Origin: Pelomyxa schiedti
Lineage: Eukaryota; Protista; Evosea
Direction: 5' to 3'
Length of the DNA stretch: 64,000 nucleotides
Assembly (NCBI GenBank): GCA_020536535.1
Contig: JAHLWZ010000424.1
Location: 62,001-126,000, forward strand
In this document: positions 23,533-35,892 of the stretch, one piece after another
Position numbering within the stretch: the stretch's first letter is position 1
Layout: every line of letters starts with the position of its first letter
The notes under the pieces: model-generated
The model's database searches: none
What the model was told of the DNA's origin: nothing
What the model saw: only the letters and a program-made list of their open reading frames with translations
Position numbers and translations under genes: made by a program

Positions 23533-26500
23533 TTAGGTGGTATCATCTGTACCCAATGACTGTTCACTGAAAATGAGTGAAAGGATGAGATGACCAAATG
23601 CCCTTTTGTCCTCCCCAATGATTGCAAGAAGCCGGGGGTCATCACCCATGATTGTGTCATTGTCTTTGGCGTGGCGGTAGGCCTGTTTGGAATGTCAGAA
23701 TACTAGTGGGTTAATAACTGGTACCTTCTCGAAAAGATACTTCCCAAGTTTTTTTATACAATACCTTTTTTGTGAAAGAGAAAGCCAAAGTTAGATGATG
23801 ATTCCTTGCCAAGGAGAAACGCACTCTCTTATAAGTGGGATTCTTTCAGAAAGTGCACCAGGCAGTGGATATGGAATGTCATCGCCGTCTGTACAATCTA
23901 ATTCATCTGCATCTTCCCCTGTAATGCTACAACTTCCCTCTGTGCTTCCACTTTCGAATCCAGGGCCAAACTCTTCGTCACTTATAGAGTCGAAGTCCCC
24001 TTCCTCGTCAAGACTCAGTGTGCCACTGCTACAGTCCTCTTCAGAAGAGTTGGTGGTGAGAGGAATATCCTCATGCTTCTCAGCAGCTAGTTCGATAAAC
24101 TTTAGTCTTACTTTCTCCATGTCTGCTTTCTCTTTTTCTTCTCTGTAATTATGATTAGTTTGTATGTACTGCAAATAATTTATTTGGGCAGTACACTTCT
24201 TGTGCATATAAAACATCTAATGCTGCGATTTTTTCGCATTCAGCTTGCTCGAGAAGGGCTAAGCGAGAGACTAAGCTCTCTCTGTCCTAGAAAAAGAAAT
24301 GTTGGAGAAAAAAAGGAACCAAAATCATACAAAAGCCCGTCTGGGTGACATTACAGAGGAGGTTATGTCGGAAATACAATCATCGCTGCTTCTACTTTGC
24401 TCCCTTTTATTGGAGGAAATCAGTAACCCTCTCCAAACAAGGCAAACAAGTACCTTCTCGGAGAACGAATTGGCAATGCGTCCATGGATTGTGAAGATCT
24501 AAATGGTTGAGGCTGTGGTATTGGCTCCTGTGATTGTAATTCTGATTGTTGCTGTGTTTGTTGGGGTTGGGGTTGTGGCTGTGGGTGTGGTTGCGGTTGC
24601 GGTTGCGGTGGTGGCAGTGTCTGTGGTTGTACATTTGAGGTAAATACAGCTGGTGATGTAGATGAAGTTTGTTGCGATACTACATTAATAGTCTTTTTCT
24701 CTGTACTGTCAATAGTTATTACTGGATGTGGTGCCGTTTTGGTTGGAGCAGTTGATGGGAGAAGTTGCAGAGGTGCTGGCGAATCCCGATTTCTTGGGGA
24801 TGCAACAGATGTACGTGAAGTGCGAGGAGCTGAAGTTGCGGGTGGATCACTATGTGAAGAGGATGTTTGAGGTATAGATGGAATTTCCATTGGTTGTACT
24901 GGCCCCGGATTTCCCGTGACGGGAGGTTGCTTTGGGTTGGGAGTGAGTTTTGCAGTTGAAGTAGTGTTCCGTGTAGTGGTGACGCTGGGGCGAGCTGCTG
25001 ACTTTACTTCATTGGTAGCTCTGATTGGGTGTTGTCTTGAGTCGATAGTCTTGGATGATGTATGAGTTGTGTGCTGTGGAACAGCTCTGTTTCTTGAATC
25101 TAATGACATGCGAGGTCGATCTTTCGGCTGTGTGGCTACACCCGATTGATGCTGGATGTGATTTCTACTCTGAGGTTCGGGTAAAGGAGCAAAGGATACA
25201 GGTGTAGAAATCCTACTACTATCTGTGGGTCTCTGAGGACCGGCGCTGGTGCTCCGACCAATGGGTTCAGGATGGCGAATAGATTGACCGCTATTCACAT
25301 TGTTTGCTTGCTGTAACGGAGGGGTCTGGCGGTGTTCAACTTCCCGGCTGTTTCTTGCAGATCTAGGTGGCGGAAGTTCATCTCTTATGGAGGGGCGGTA
25401 CTGTCTTGCAGATGCAGGAGGTTGCAGTATTCTAGTTGATCGAGAGGTTGGTGGGTGCTGATGATTTGGAGTTGGTGTGTGGGATGGAGTCTGGGAATTG
25501 GATACAGCCACAGATTTATTTGATTGGGTTTCTCCAATTTTATCTAGAGGCAGTTTTGGTACTGGAAATTTGGAGGGATCGGTTTGAACAGTACTTTCAA
25601 CATGCCTTGACTTATCAGCCGTAGCCACAGCTACTTTCCGTGGAGTTGCTATGTTAACATATTAATTATTGAGAAAGGAAGTAGGTATAGAAAACCTATT
25701 TCACTTAATTTACGGAGCACTTCCTGTTTCTCCTCCCTAGTGTTCTGTAGATCTTGGGCTATTTTAAGGCGCTGTTGCTGTGCAACTTGTGGTTTGGAAA
25801 CCTTTAAACTTTAAGGGTAAAAAGACAGTATGGTGCACAAACTCTTGCCGTTCCCGGGATGCGGTTATGAGCTGAGGAGCTGGAGACGGCTGTGTTTGGT
25901 TGTACAGATGGTGGTGTTACCTCCGGTTGAGGTTGCTGTGATTGTACTGTTGGTTGCTGTGTTTGGGTCGGTGGTTGCTGTACTTGTGAGGCTGGTTGTG
26001 ATTGCACTTGAGGAGTAACTCCAATTTGAGGTGCCACAGGGGTTTGAGGTGGAGCTGTTGATGATGGGCTAATAGATTTTAATTAGTCGGGTTATAAACA
26101 AGGTTGTAAATAACTCACTTGCTTGTACATCTTGGTGATACCGAAATCCTTATTTTATATTAAAAAAAACATGTTTATCCTTTGGTCCTTATTCATACGG
26201 AATTGCTTGTTGAGAGCTCGTTTCTTCAACAAATCTCTTAACATAAGGTGTTTCCAGTATCGCTCGTACAAAAGGCCTTTTACTGGCCATTTTATTCAAC
26301 AGACTTAAAACCTTTTTTTTTGAATGTCAGTTTTATCAAACCGAGTTTCTGCATACTAAGCTACGAATATCAGGGGAGTACTGTGATGGAATAGTTGGTG
26401 TGTTACAGTTTAAAATATTGTGAACGAGGCTAGGGTAATCCTAATTGCAATTAACTGGGACATGGCATAAACAGGTGCCCAGGCATTGTTAACAACCTTC

Positions 26501-27701
26501 CCTTCGAATGCATGACGGAGAGTCATCATTTCAAAAAGTACACAACCAGCAGCCCAAACGTCAGATTTGTAGCCATATCTATACACATGAGAAGTAACCA
26601 TTTATAACAAGGGAATTTACGGCTTGCTTTTAATAATCTCAGGACTGAATAATGCATTTGAGAAGAGTTAAGCCTTGTTGGTTAGTGGAAGAGTTACCTC
26701 ATATAGTATGGAGTTCCTATGACAGTTTTGGCAAATTCACATGAGGGTTCAAGTGATCTCGATATACCGAAATCTCCTTCTTGATATGAGAAGGGAGGAA
26801 ACTTGCTGAATAGCAATATGTTCATGAATCACATTTATTTACTGGTTGCATGTCATAATGAAAGAATACCCAGTTTGATCACATTGTTCTTGGTCAAAAA
26901 TATATTTTGAGTTTTGATATCCCGGTGTAGTATGTGTTTACTGTGAATATAGTCTAGAGCAAAAAGAATTTGTGTGAAATATTCCATAATGGTCTGTTTT
27001 TTTTTTTAACACAAGTATTTTCTTAATGTACAGCTAAAACAAGGTAGAATAACCTTTTCTGATAGGTATGCACCCTTTTGTGCCACAAGATGTTTAAGCA
27101 TGTCACCACGGTCACAGTATTGCATGATAACACACAGATATTTCCTTGGTGGATGCCCAGTGGTCATTTCAAAAGAGTGTCTGTATTCAACAATGTTGGG
27201 ATGTTGCAAACTCTCAAGCATTTTCACCTAAAGCAGTTAACGAATAAATAATCGACAATGCAAAAAAAGCCATCAAGCCCGAAACAAAGAGGTAGGGGAG
27301 AACGAATTTGCCTCTGTCAGGGCGGACTTCCTAGCCTTTTCGTTCTGCAGCCCCATTTGCTTCAGCACCCATAATCCCCTGTCGTACTTGTCCCTCACCA
27401 GGAATATCTCGCCATACGAGCCAGTCCCAATCGACCTCACCAGCTCGTACCTCTCCATCGACGGCGGCGCCTGATGCAACCCGCCGGCTCCGCCTACGCC
27501 CCCGCCTCCCCCTCGCGTCGCCCCTTGCTGTTGTGGCCTTGCTGCTGGTGGCTCCTGTTGCTGCGAGTGGGGTGTGTTGGTGGGAGAGACGACATCCGAG
27601 ACACTCCCGGGAGGGGTCGAAACCTTGCTTTGTGTCGACGACGACGACGCGGCGTCGGTGTTGCTGCCGCCTCGATCGTCGACGTTGCTCGTGGCAGACA
27701 T
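23533..27701 (-). CDS. NIMA-related (NEK) Ser/Thr kinase with a long disordered tail
   Basis: YELVRSIGTGSYG, LQHPNIVEY, IMQYCDRGD, ILHRDIKTQNIFL, DFGISR, TVIGTPYYM, KSDVWAAGCVLFEMMTLRHAF; C-terminal helical segment RIPLIRE-YCIKKLG...LILSLIFSE resembling NEK tails. Confidence 0.9.
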
Positions 27702-28430
27702 GGCGTCTGTTTTTTTTTTTTTGTTTCCTCCCTTCGTTTGTTTGGCGAAAAAAAGAGCACAGGGAGGCAGGTTTGGAACTGGCCCCTTTTTCTTGTGTTG
27801 ACACGCCCTCAAGTTGAAAAGCAAAAATAAACAATGGTTGGGAACCTGAACTACTGAACACAGATAAGTGTGCTCTTGGCAGGTAAAAAGGGTGTCCTTT
27901 TCCCCAGCTATGTGGTATGAGGTTGATGGTTTGCCCCACTCAGATTATACATTGCCTTCACCAAGGGACCCTCAGAAATCTAGTGATCACCTGCCTAATA
28001 ACAAACCCCCATCACTGTGATCAGTGTTGTGGTTTGTGCTGTTCCCAACAACAGCCATTCCCCTAACAGATCAACCTGATTCAACCCAAAAATTCCAATC
28101 AGAACTAATGTCCTGAGGTTTGAAAGTGGGTTGAGAGAAAGAGGGAAGAAAGTATCTGCATCACAGCCTCAGGCAGTGCTATCAACATCACAGACTCAGG
28201 AAACCCCATTGACTTCTCTTGCCATCATTCTAATCCCACTATCTACAGTCTATCTCACAAGCACCTAGAACAAGCCTTTCTACGTTCATTCCCATAATAC
28301 AATGTACCAGACGAAAATTGAATTTATCTGCCCGGAGTGATACCCAAAACTTCGGGTTGTGTGCATAAAAAGCACGAGCGTTACTTCAACATCTTGTTTC
28401 AATTCATTGAATGGAATCTTCCGACGACCT

Positions 28431-28820
28431 TTGCGAAAAATGCGTCTTTTCGCCGATCCCAAATCCGAGGATGGGGCCACCACCATCTCCATCGATTGGG
28501 CCTCATTACCCCGTTGGGGTCTCTGGCACGATGACGGTTGTCATTGTCGCAAAGTTCTGCGACACCGGGTACTAAACTCGGCTTGCCGTGCTTCATCGGG
28601 GTAACGGGACCACCAATCCCGTTCCCATTAGGGGAGCCTGCGCCCCGGCAGGTAGTCGAGCCGCGACTCCCCAACAAACAATCCCGCCTGCTGCACGCCT
28701 GAGCAGGAGTCCTCTTCAAACAGGACCCTGCCTGGGCGATGCCGGGAGGCACTGACTTAATGGGAATGGCTCGCTGAGCCACCAGACCACGCTTGACGCA
28801 ACCACGCAACCCACTTTTTT
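28431..28820 (+). ncRNA. Large (~385 nt) highly structured non-coding RNA candidate, class unassigned
   Basis: GC-rich island with more than 12 abutting helices, paired 5' and 3' ends, G-U pairs on the + strand, followed by an oligo-T run; no credible ORF. Confidence 0.65.
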
Positions 28821-28830
28821 ATTTTTTCTT
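28815..28830 (+). terminator. Oligo-T tract, possible Pol III terminator
   Basis: TTTTTTATTTTTT directly after the closing helix of the structured region. Confidence 0.4.
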
Positions 28831-28981
28831 TGGGTTTCCATACCGGCTGTTGTGTTGGCTTCACTGATTAGAGGCTGGGTAAGAGTATTTAATTGTCATT
28901 TATTTGTTGTAAAGTGAAAAAAAAGAGGACTTCGAAAAATGAACAAACTGCAAAGAGTTTTTGTTTGAAATCACTCTCTTA

Positions 28982-31534
28982 TCACCGCATGATGATCCTG
29001 ATGCCATGCAGTTCAGTAGGTGCCATTGGGGATTCATCACTGGGACAGCTTACAAACATGTAGTTGCGTGGTACTTTCAGAGTAGCACTGAGCCTGTCTA
29101 TCGAAGCCGGAGTGAATGGAGCCTTGACCAGCAGCACATTGACAGTCACAGTAGGGAACATGGCATCCAGCATCGCCACTACTTCCACCAGCCGAGGCGG
29201 AATCAATTGTGGGTCAGTGTAGAAGTGCACCACAGTCAGGCTGTTTGTTGTCAGTTCGTTGTCATGGACGTACTGAACGGCCTTGCGGAGAACATCCAGT
29301 TTGTCACTCTTGGCCAGGAATATAACTTCATGGCGCTGGTGGTAAGCTTTCAGTAGAACCCGGTTGAGAACGCGACCAATTCCGCACGGTATGGATGAAA
29401 GCTTGCTGTGCAGGATAATCCTCAGTACGTTGGTGCGGTAGAGCATGAATACAACCACGGAGCAGACGCCGGCAAAGTAGAAGGTGAAGTACTTGACTAT
29501 CTCAGAATCGTGAGCGATGTTTCCGGACAATCCTATGGCAATGCATATGATTCCAAGCAAAGTGATCGGCCATGGGGAATGAACCAGTCTAGGCAAGTTC
29601 CCTCTCTTGTACTTGAGTAAGAAGTTGCTGACTCCAGCAATAATGAGCACAGTTAAAAAGGCCACAGTATATACACCACTCAGAGCGGTAACATCTCCTT
29701 TTGTTAGCAAATAGAGAGAAGAACTCAGCACAAAGAAGCAAATGATAATCCAGTGAAGCGTGTGAAAACATGAGTTAGCCTGCAAGAGGAATTGGGGCAA
29801 ACAGCAGTCACGTGCCAGTCTCTCCCCAAGACCAAGTATTCCAACATAAGCTGTGAGAACAGCACCACAGAGCACAATAACTGCATCCACTCCAACCCAA
29901 GTTGTTAGCCAGTTGGATCCCGGAGTGGCAGCGGCAAGCAACATGAGAGCGGAGGAAATATTATCTTCTGTGATGTCTGACAAAGGAACCAATGCCAATA
30001 ACAAAAATTCAATGACAACGTTTTGAAAAGTCAAGATGACCCAGATGTTACGTAGAACCTTGGGGAAACTTCCTGGAGTTTGGCTCTCAACAAAATTGGC
30101 AGCACTTTCAAAGCCAGTCACTCCTAACATGGCAGTACTGAAACCGAACCATAGGTCTTTTCCATAATGTCCAGAGATAGTCGGTGAGTTCCAATTATCA
30201 ACGAGCACACCAAATCCATCAGATGCCAAGGCAGCAATACTGAAGCCACATAATATCAGCATCACTAAGAGATGGTGAAAGAAGATTGCCATGGCAACAA
30301 ATGCGCTGTCTCGTACACCAAACATGCTCAAGCATGCAAATAGGAAAAGGAAAACGAGAGTCATCCAAAATCTCGGGCAACCACTGTATATGCCATGTAG
30401 GTAGCTTGCACCACTATCCGCACTTACTACAGCTGTTGCAACGTAACTTAGGATAATCAATACTGAGGAAATAGCGGCAGTGTGCTTGCTGGTAACATTG
30501 AGAAGGATATTGTAAACACCACCTAAGTTTATGTCAAAAGAAGGGAAGGTGAGAGAAGACGCCGCACCATTTAAAGGCAAAGCAGTGACGACTTCAGAGT
30601 AGATGTATCTATAGCAAAACAAAGGCAAGCTAACCAGAGCCAAAGCAATGGGGCTGAGCTTCCCACTCACAGAAGCACAGAGCCCGCTCGTGTACAGCAC
30701 GCTACTGGCGCAGTCGTTCCCCGCAATAGCACTGGAGGCCCACTGCCCAATCTTGCCCTCCTCGCCCCCGCCGCACATCCGCCTCCTCAGCCGGTGGGCG
30801 CACTGGGGCACCCGCCCACAGCACCCGGTCCCATTTATAGCTATGGGCGACTCGTCAGCCCCAAACTCCCCCGCGCCCTCCTCCTCGTCGTCGCCGTCGC
30901 CGCCCGCGCCCCCCAGAGGAGCCATTGGGACGGCGCTGCTGAGGGGGACGCCGGCCTCGCCCTTCTTGTTGGTGTGCTTGTTTCGCTCCCTCACCAGGCC
31001 GTTCCTGCAGGTGGTGCCAAAGTCCAGGTGCTGCGCCGTCCCCCTGCTCGCCTGCTCCCACCCGTCTGGCAGCGAGAACGTGCCTCCGCCGTACGAGTAG
31101 TCCAGGTCGTCCGCCCCCGCCCCCGCCCCCGCCCCCGCGCCCACGCCGCCGTACTCCAGCCCCCCGAGCCCCTCCAGGTCCAGATCCCCGTCGCCCGCTC
31201 CAAGCACGCCGCCGCCGGCCGCCCCGGTGGGGTTGCCTAGCCCAATCACGGCAGCAGCCGCAGTCGAGGGCGTCGCAGCTGGCGCCGCCCCGGTGGCCGT
31301 GGCCAGCGCCATCACGGGCCCCGCGGTGCCTGGTGGGCCCCCGGGTGCCGCCGCGGCCGTGGTGGTTGTGGTGGTGGTCGTGGTGGTCGGGCGGGGGGGC
31401 TGGCGCCTTGTGGACTGTATGGCCTCGAGGTAGTATGTGGCCTCGGCGTGCAGCGACTGCGAGAAGACCTGCGACAGGGGCAGCTGGTTGCGCGAGGCGC
31501 GCACTATGTCGACGCTGGGCCTGCCTCTCTTCAT
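28982..31534 (-). CDS. APC-superfamily amino acid permease-like transporter with a C-terminal soluble domain
   Basis: AIAGNDCASSVLY, EVVTALPLNGG, GVTGFESAANFVE, about 12 TM segments; one 45-nt in-frame intron at 30523-30567 whose removal restores PLNGGVYN. Confidence 0.9.
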   Translation of the reverse strand: MKRGRPSVDIVRASRNQLPLSQVFSQSLHAEATYYLEAIQSTRRQPPRPTTTTTTTTTTAAAAPGGPPGTAGPVMALATATGAAPAATPSTAAAAVIGLGNPTGAAGGGVLGAGDGDLDLEGLGGLEYGGVGAGAGAGAGADDLDYSYGGGTFSLPDGWEQASRGTAQHLDFGTTCRNGLVRERNKHTNKKGEAGVPLSSAVPMAPLGGAGGDGDDEEEGAGEFGADESPIAINGTGCCGRVPQCAHRLRRRMCGGGEEGKIGQWASSAIAGNDCASSVLYTSGLCASVSGKLSPIALALVSLPLFCYRYIYSEVVTALPLNGAASSLTFPSFDINLGGVYNILLNVTSKHTAAISSVLIILSYVATAVVSADSGASYLHGIYSGCPRFWMTLVFLFLFACLSMFGVRDSAFVAMAIFFHHLLVMLILCGFSIAALASDGFGVLVDNWNSPTISGHYGKDLWFGFSTAMLGVTGFESAANFVESQTPGSFPKVLRNIWVILTFQNVVIEFLLLALVPLSDITEDNISSALMLLAAATPGSNWLTTWVGVDAVIVLCGAVLTAYVGILGLGERLARDCCLPQFLLQANSCFHTLHWIIICFFVLSSSLYLLTKGDVTALSGVYTVAFLTVLIIAGVSNFLLKYKRGNLPRLVHSPWPITLLGIICIAIGLSGNIAHDSEIVKYFTFYFAGVCSVVVFMLYRTNVLRIILHSKLSSIPCGIGRVLNRVLLKAYHQRHEVIFLAKSDKLDVLRKAVQYVHDNELTTNSLTVVHFYTDPQLIPPRLVEVVAMLDAMFPTVTVNVLLVKAPFTPASIDRLSATLKVPRNYMFVSCPSDESPMAPTELHGIRIIMR

Positions 31535-31737
31535 GGTGGTGATGGTGTGTGTTTCGTGTTTGATTGTTTCTTTCTTGGTTGTGTTTTATTGCTGCTGGCA
31601 CCAAGAGGATCCAGAGCACCCAGAATGCCCCATTTCGCGCTTCCAAACACTTCGGGGAAAGGCGGAAAACTTTCGCGCTGATGGGAGACAACTTCTTTTT
31701 TCTTCACTAAATCAACATTCCCCCTTGTTTAAGTTTG

Positions 31738-33543
31738 CTAGGCGTTGCCCAGGATCTTTCCTGAGACCTAGTGGCACATCGAGTTAGCTTCGTTAACGCC
31801 AGTTCCTGGACATACTTGTTTGCCAGGTTTATAACTCAATGACAAGGCAGTTGATGCAGACCCATATGTGCCTGTTCCTGAGTTGAAGTACAGCTTGCCA
31901 TCAATTTTAGATATCCATGCATGGTGCGTGTGGCCTTTCCTCAATTTAGATACTATACTTGATGTGGAAACAACCTAAAACAACACTTTGCAAGCTCGGA
32001 TCAGCATTTAGGAGCTTTACGGCATATCTACGATGATAAGTGTGGAATGCATTTCCATTTCAGTGTGTACATACGGATCACAAACTTCAGAGGCTTCCAT
32101 GGACGCAAAAGTTGGAAACGCTTGTCCAAGGGACACAAGCACGTGATGCTTGACTTTGTCAATTGGAGGCTCAGACGAGGCTGTCCTAACAGAACCTGGC
32201 TCCACATCCGCTTTCAAGATTTCGTGATTGTGCATTCGAACCGTCTGAACTGGATGAACTGTAATTTAGGGATGTGAAGACACACTGCTTCAAGGTAAAT
32301 ATCATAGATTTCCTTCTAAAGAATTGTTAGTTGTGCGTTTTATTATTGTTAAACTGCACTTACGGCAGTCATTGTCCGAGGGCCAGAGGGATGTGGCATT
32401 TTGATAAGGATCGTACTGGGGTCTTTCCCTCGCCCAAAGTGATTTAGCATTGCAAGTGTGATTGTACCAATGATCTCTGGTAGTGTCTTACCGTGATGAA
32501 TATGGTCATGCATCTCCTGCAATTCTTTAGAGCTAATCAATGAAATTTCCAGAAAACCTGGTGGAAAGCTTGAATGTAACTATGCACTGGCGGATTCCCT
32601 TTGGAATTAATGGGCTCCTCCAAGAAGCATGAATCTACTTTACTAAACAGGTACCCAAATGGAAGCATGCCAAAGACTGTTAATTCCTTCTCTTCCGTAA
32701 CAACGTGATTGAAAAAGTCGTAACTGTGACCATGTTCAAATCTAGTGGATGAAAAGATGAAGTTCTTTCCAAGTAAGAACTTCTAAACCATCCGCGAAGG
32801 AAAATTAACCTCCTTAACAGTCACTTCTACACCCTATTTTGCTTGTCACTTATTGGGTAACCAAGAAAAAGATAAATTGCACCTCAAAGAACTGTTGTAT
32901 CTCAATTGGTTTCAAAGTCATGTCATGGTTTCCCATAATATAGACAAACTTGACACCTTCACCCTATTGCCAGAAGAATAAAAAGTATTCGAAACTGTAT
33001 GTGGCATACAGCAAGCTGCCGGATAGTTTCCTTAAATAAAGCACATGCTCCTGGAAGATCGAAGTGACCTCCAGCATTCTGCAAAAATTTCTTGGTTTGT
33101 GGTGCAATGTTGGGATCTTTTATCGCCTCAGCAGCCGTGAAGGTCTCAATATCATGAATAGATGTAAAGAGGATGTCCCCTGGCTGGAAGAAAAAAAACC
33201 TCAGATGCAAAGTCAAATGACAGAGTCAAGTTACTTGTGCCCAAACGTCAAAAATGTCACCATTCATTATCACCAGTCTATTTGCTCTGCTCCTTTACCG
33301 CAATTTGGCATGATTCCACATAAACAACAACCAAACAAACAAACACAAGGAGGACACATGCCATGCGCACCTTGCAGATACAGACCACGCCAGTATGTAT
33401 GACCTCCACACGTTGATCCTCTCAGTGGGTGTTGGATACCAACCCTTCTTGTTCTTGAACGGGAATGCACCGAGGTGCAGGTCACTGAACACAAACACCG
33501 CCGCGTCTTGGTCGCTCTCAAGCCCGCTCCCGCTGTTACCCAT
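31738..33543 (-). CDS. Calcineurin-like metallophosphoesterase, predicted N-myristoylated
   Basis: Spliced motifs VFSDLHLG, IMNGDIFDVW, IMGNHD, FEHGH, GHTHHA; MGNSGS start; 3' end approximate. Confidence 0.82.
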
Positions 33544-33863
33544 TCTTTTTCTGGTTCGTTGTTTATTCTCAAGAATTTTGTTCCATCATCCCGTGTTTGG
33601 TAAGGCCAAATGTTACAATGTCATTAAAATGGACCAGATCTGGACCGATTTCCCAGCTCACTTTCGGAGTTTAATCTCGCAGGTGAAAATGTGGTTTGTG
33701 CGAAGAGGGCCGCGATCTGGCGGTTGGTGCATACATAAGTGATAAGTATCCCTATTATTATTCAAGATCAGTGGCGTTGGGGAATCGTTCATCTGAATCG
33801 CCAGGCCATACACTTGAAATGCTGAGCCCGAATCTGGGTTCCTTGAGCCATCTCTGACATTTG

Positions 33864-35684
33864 TCATGGGATTTGTGATTTGCGCCTCCAGTGGATACAA
33901 ATGACTGGGATAATGAGCAGCCCGAGGAAGACAACGAGTTGAATGCAGTCATAGGAAAGAAACCCATTGTTGCTCCGAGCTACCATAGTCGCTAGTCCAT
34001 ACTGCGCACAGGTCACAGCACCAACTATCGTGTTGAGCACTGCGTTGAGCATGCCGTAGTTCTTATATCCGAACCTTGGTGTAAAGTTAAGATACTCACT
34101 CATCAGAATTCTGAACAGCTGGATACGCACCACTTGAAGAAAATGGCACCGATTGATGACCAGAAGAGGGTCCGCCAGACGCTGAACAGTACAAACACCG
34201 CAATGAGGATGGCGATAGTGTCAACCTGTTCTATGGAGAAGCACATAAGAGAAAATGATACAGACACAATAAACGAGCCACAAAATCCCTGTACAAGTGA
34301 GAATTTGGATATTTGTTTAAGGGTACCTGAAAAAGGAATGAATTATTGTACCAGCCAACAGGTAATGCCAGAGCAACTTGAAGTGAGGGAAATATAATCC
34401 CCCAAAGAGTCAGCGAAAGTGATTGATATTGAGAATCTAGTAGTTCTATCCTCATCCCAAGAGTACTGATAAAAGAACTGTGAATGGCGTTAATTTATAT
34501 TGCCAGTGACTTACATTCAGAATACCTAAAAAATAGAGTATTCAGTGATAAGGCAACAGTGATGGTAATGAACTGTTTTGAAGAAAAAAGTTCCCTCAAA
34601 GAACAGTCAATCAAAGTGTACCCTTTAGAAACTTTTGTGTCTGGGGTGGACCCATCAGGGTCTCCAGATTTGTCAAGTAGATTCGCTGCCTGGGAGTGTT
34701 AATGTTATCAGGTAGATTCATCGGAGGAAAATTGACCTGCACTTGAAGTTCCACGTTATTGGCTTTTGTGTGGTTTTCAGACTGCTTGGGCCAAAGAATT
34801 ATGAATACCAGAACAAATAATGGTACAATGAGATAGCCAAGAAATATGAAACTTAGGGAAACTCCAGTGGCTTTGACAATCAGCTAAAAAGAGCTGAGGT
34901 TTAGCTGTTGAGAGAAGAAAAAAAAAACGCTTACAGAAAACCAGAAGAATACTAGCGGCCCAGAATTACAGGATGCAACCCAAATGCTTACAACAGTAGG
35001 TTGGAGGCGACCATGGAAAAGACATGCACGGCTAAAAAAAGACAATCCCATAACATTGCCTCCGAACCCCATCAGAGAGTATCCAATCACCAATGCCCAG
35101 ACTGCGGGAGGATTTATTTTCTGCCCATAGAGAAGAGGCTTCTTGTACGTGTTTCCAAAGATAGGGCAAAAATCACTGTTCCAATAATAAGCATCACTGT
35201 TCCAGTCAAGCACAACAACCTTGCCCCAATTTTATCGAGCAAAATACTACGAACTAGAAATTAGGTTGTTTGGCATAATTTAGGGAAAAAAGGAGGAAGG
35301 AAATCAACCCAGCAGGTAACGTTGAAGCCATAGAAGTAAAAGTTGCTACCGTGAAGACAAGATTGACGCGCAGTGACAACTGCGGTATTCCACATGATTC
35401 ACTTTGTGCTGTCTCCGAAGTCTCAGAAGCAGAGCAGCTTCCACCCTCATAGAAGTAATACAGAAGAGGAGCAAGTGATGCCCACCCATATATTATTGCA
35501 TTGCTGGTGGGTCACCGTTATTTATATGAGGCAACAAAAAAAAAAAAAAAAGATACCACAAGTGTATGAAAGTCGTGAGACATAGGAATACAACAAAGAG
35601 TTGTCCACGTCCTCGTATTTCAACACCGCCGTTTTTTTTCAAGGTTGCCCTGAAACCACGCAATCGCGCAGACACGCCTTCCAT
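33864..35684 (-). CDS. MFS transporter, SLC43/LAT3-like
   Basis: AIIYGWASL, VNLVFTVATF..STLPAG, multiple TM exons, FGYKNYGML in the C-terminal half. Confidence 0.75.
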
Positions 35685-35892
35685 CTATCAAATCGGTGAC
35701 AAAATTTTCTGAAACGGAAATCTTGATTTGAGATGGTGTACACTTGGAACAATGTTTCATCAGTTCCAAAAGAATTGTACGAGATATGATGCATAGGGGT
35801 AGTGATAGGGCAAATACTGAGAAGTACCATTAGGGAGGTTGGTTTGGTGAGCTGGTAATGCATATAGATGGCAGTGAGATTGTCATCCCGCG

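Noticed and set aside
27910-28240. TGATG/CTGA motifs and an Sm-like AATTTTTGG on the minus strand (snoRNA or snRNA cluster)
   Set aside because: Boxes are imperfect, no rRNA guide or snRNA motif was recognised, and TG excess from CpG loss can explain them.
28549-28561. AAGTTCTGCG as RNase P CR-I pairing with CCAGACCA near 28782
   Set aside because: Lacks the GGAA context, sits inside a strong local hairpin, and P4 pairing would be poor; not enough to call RNase P.
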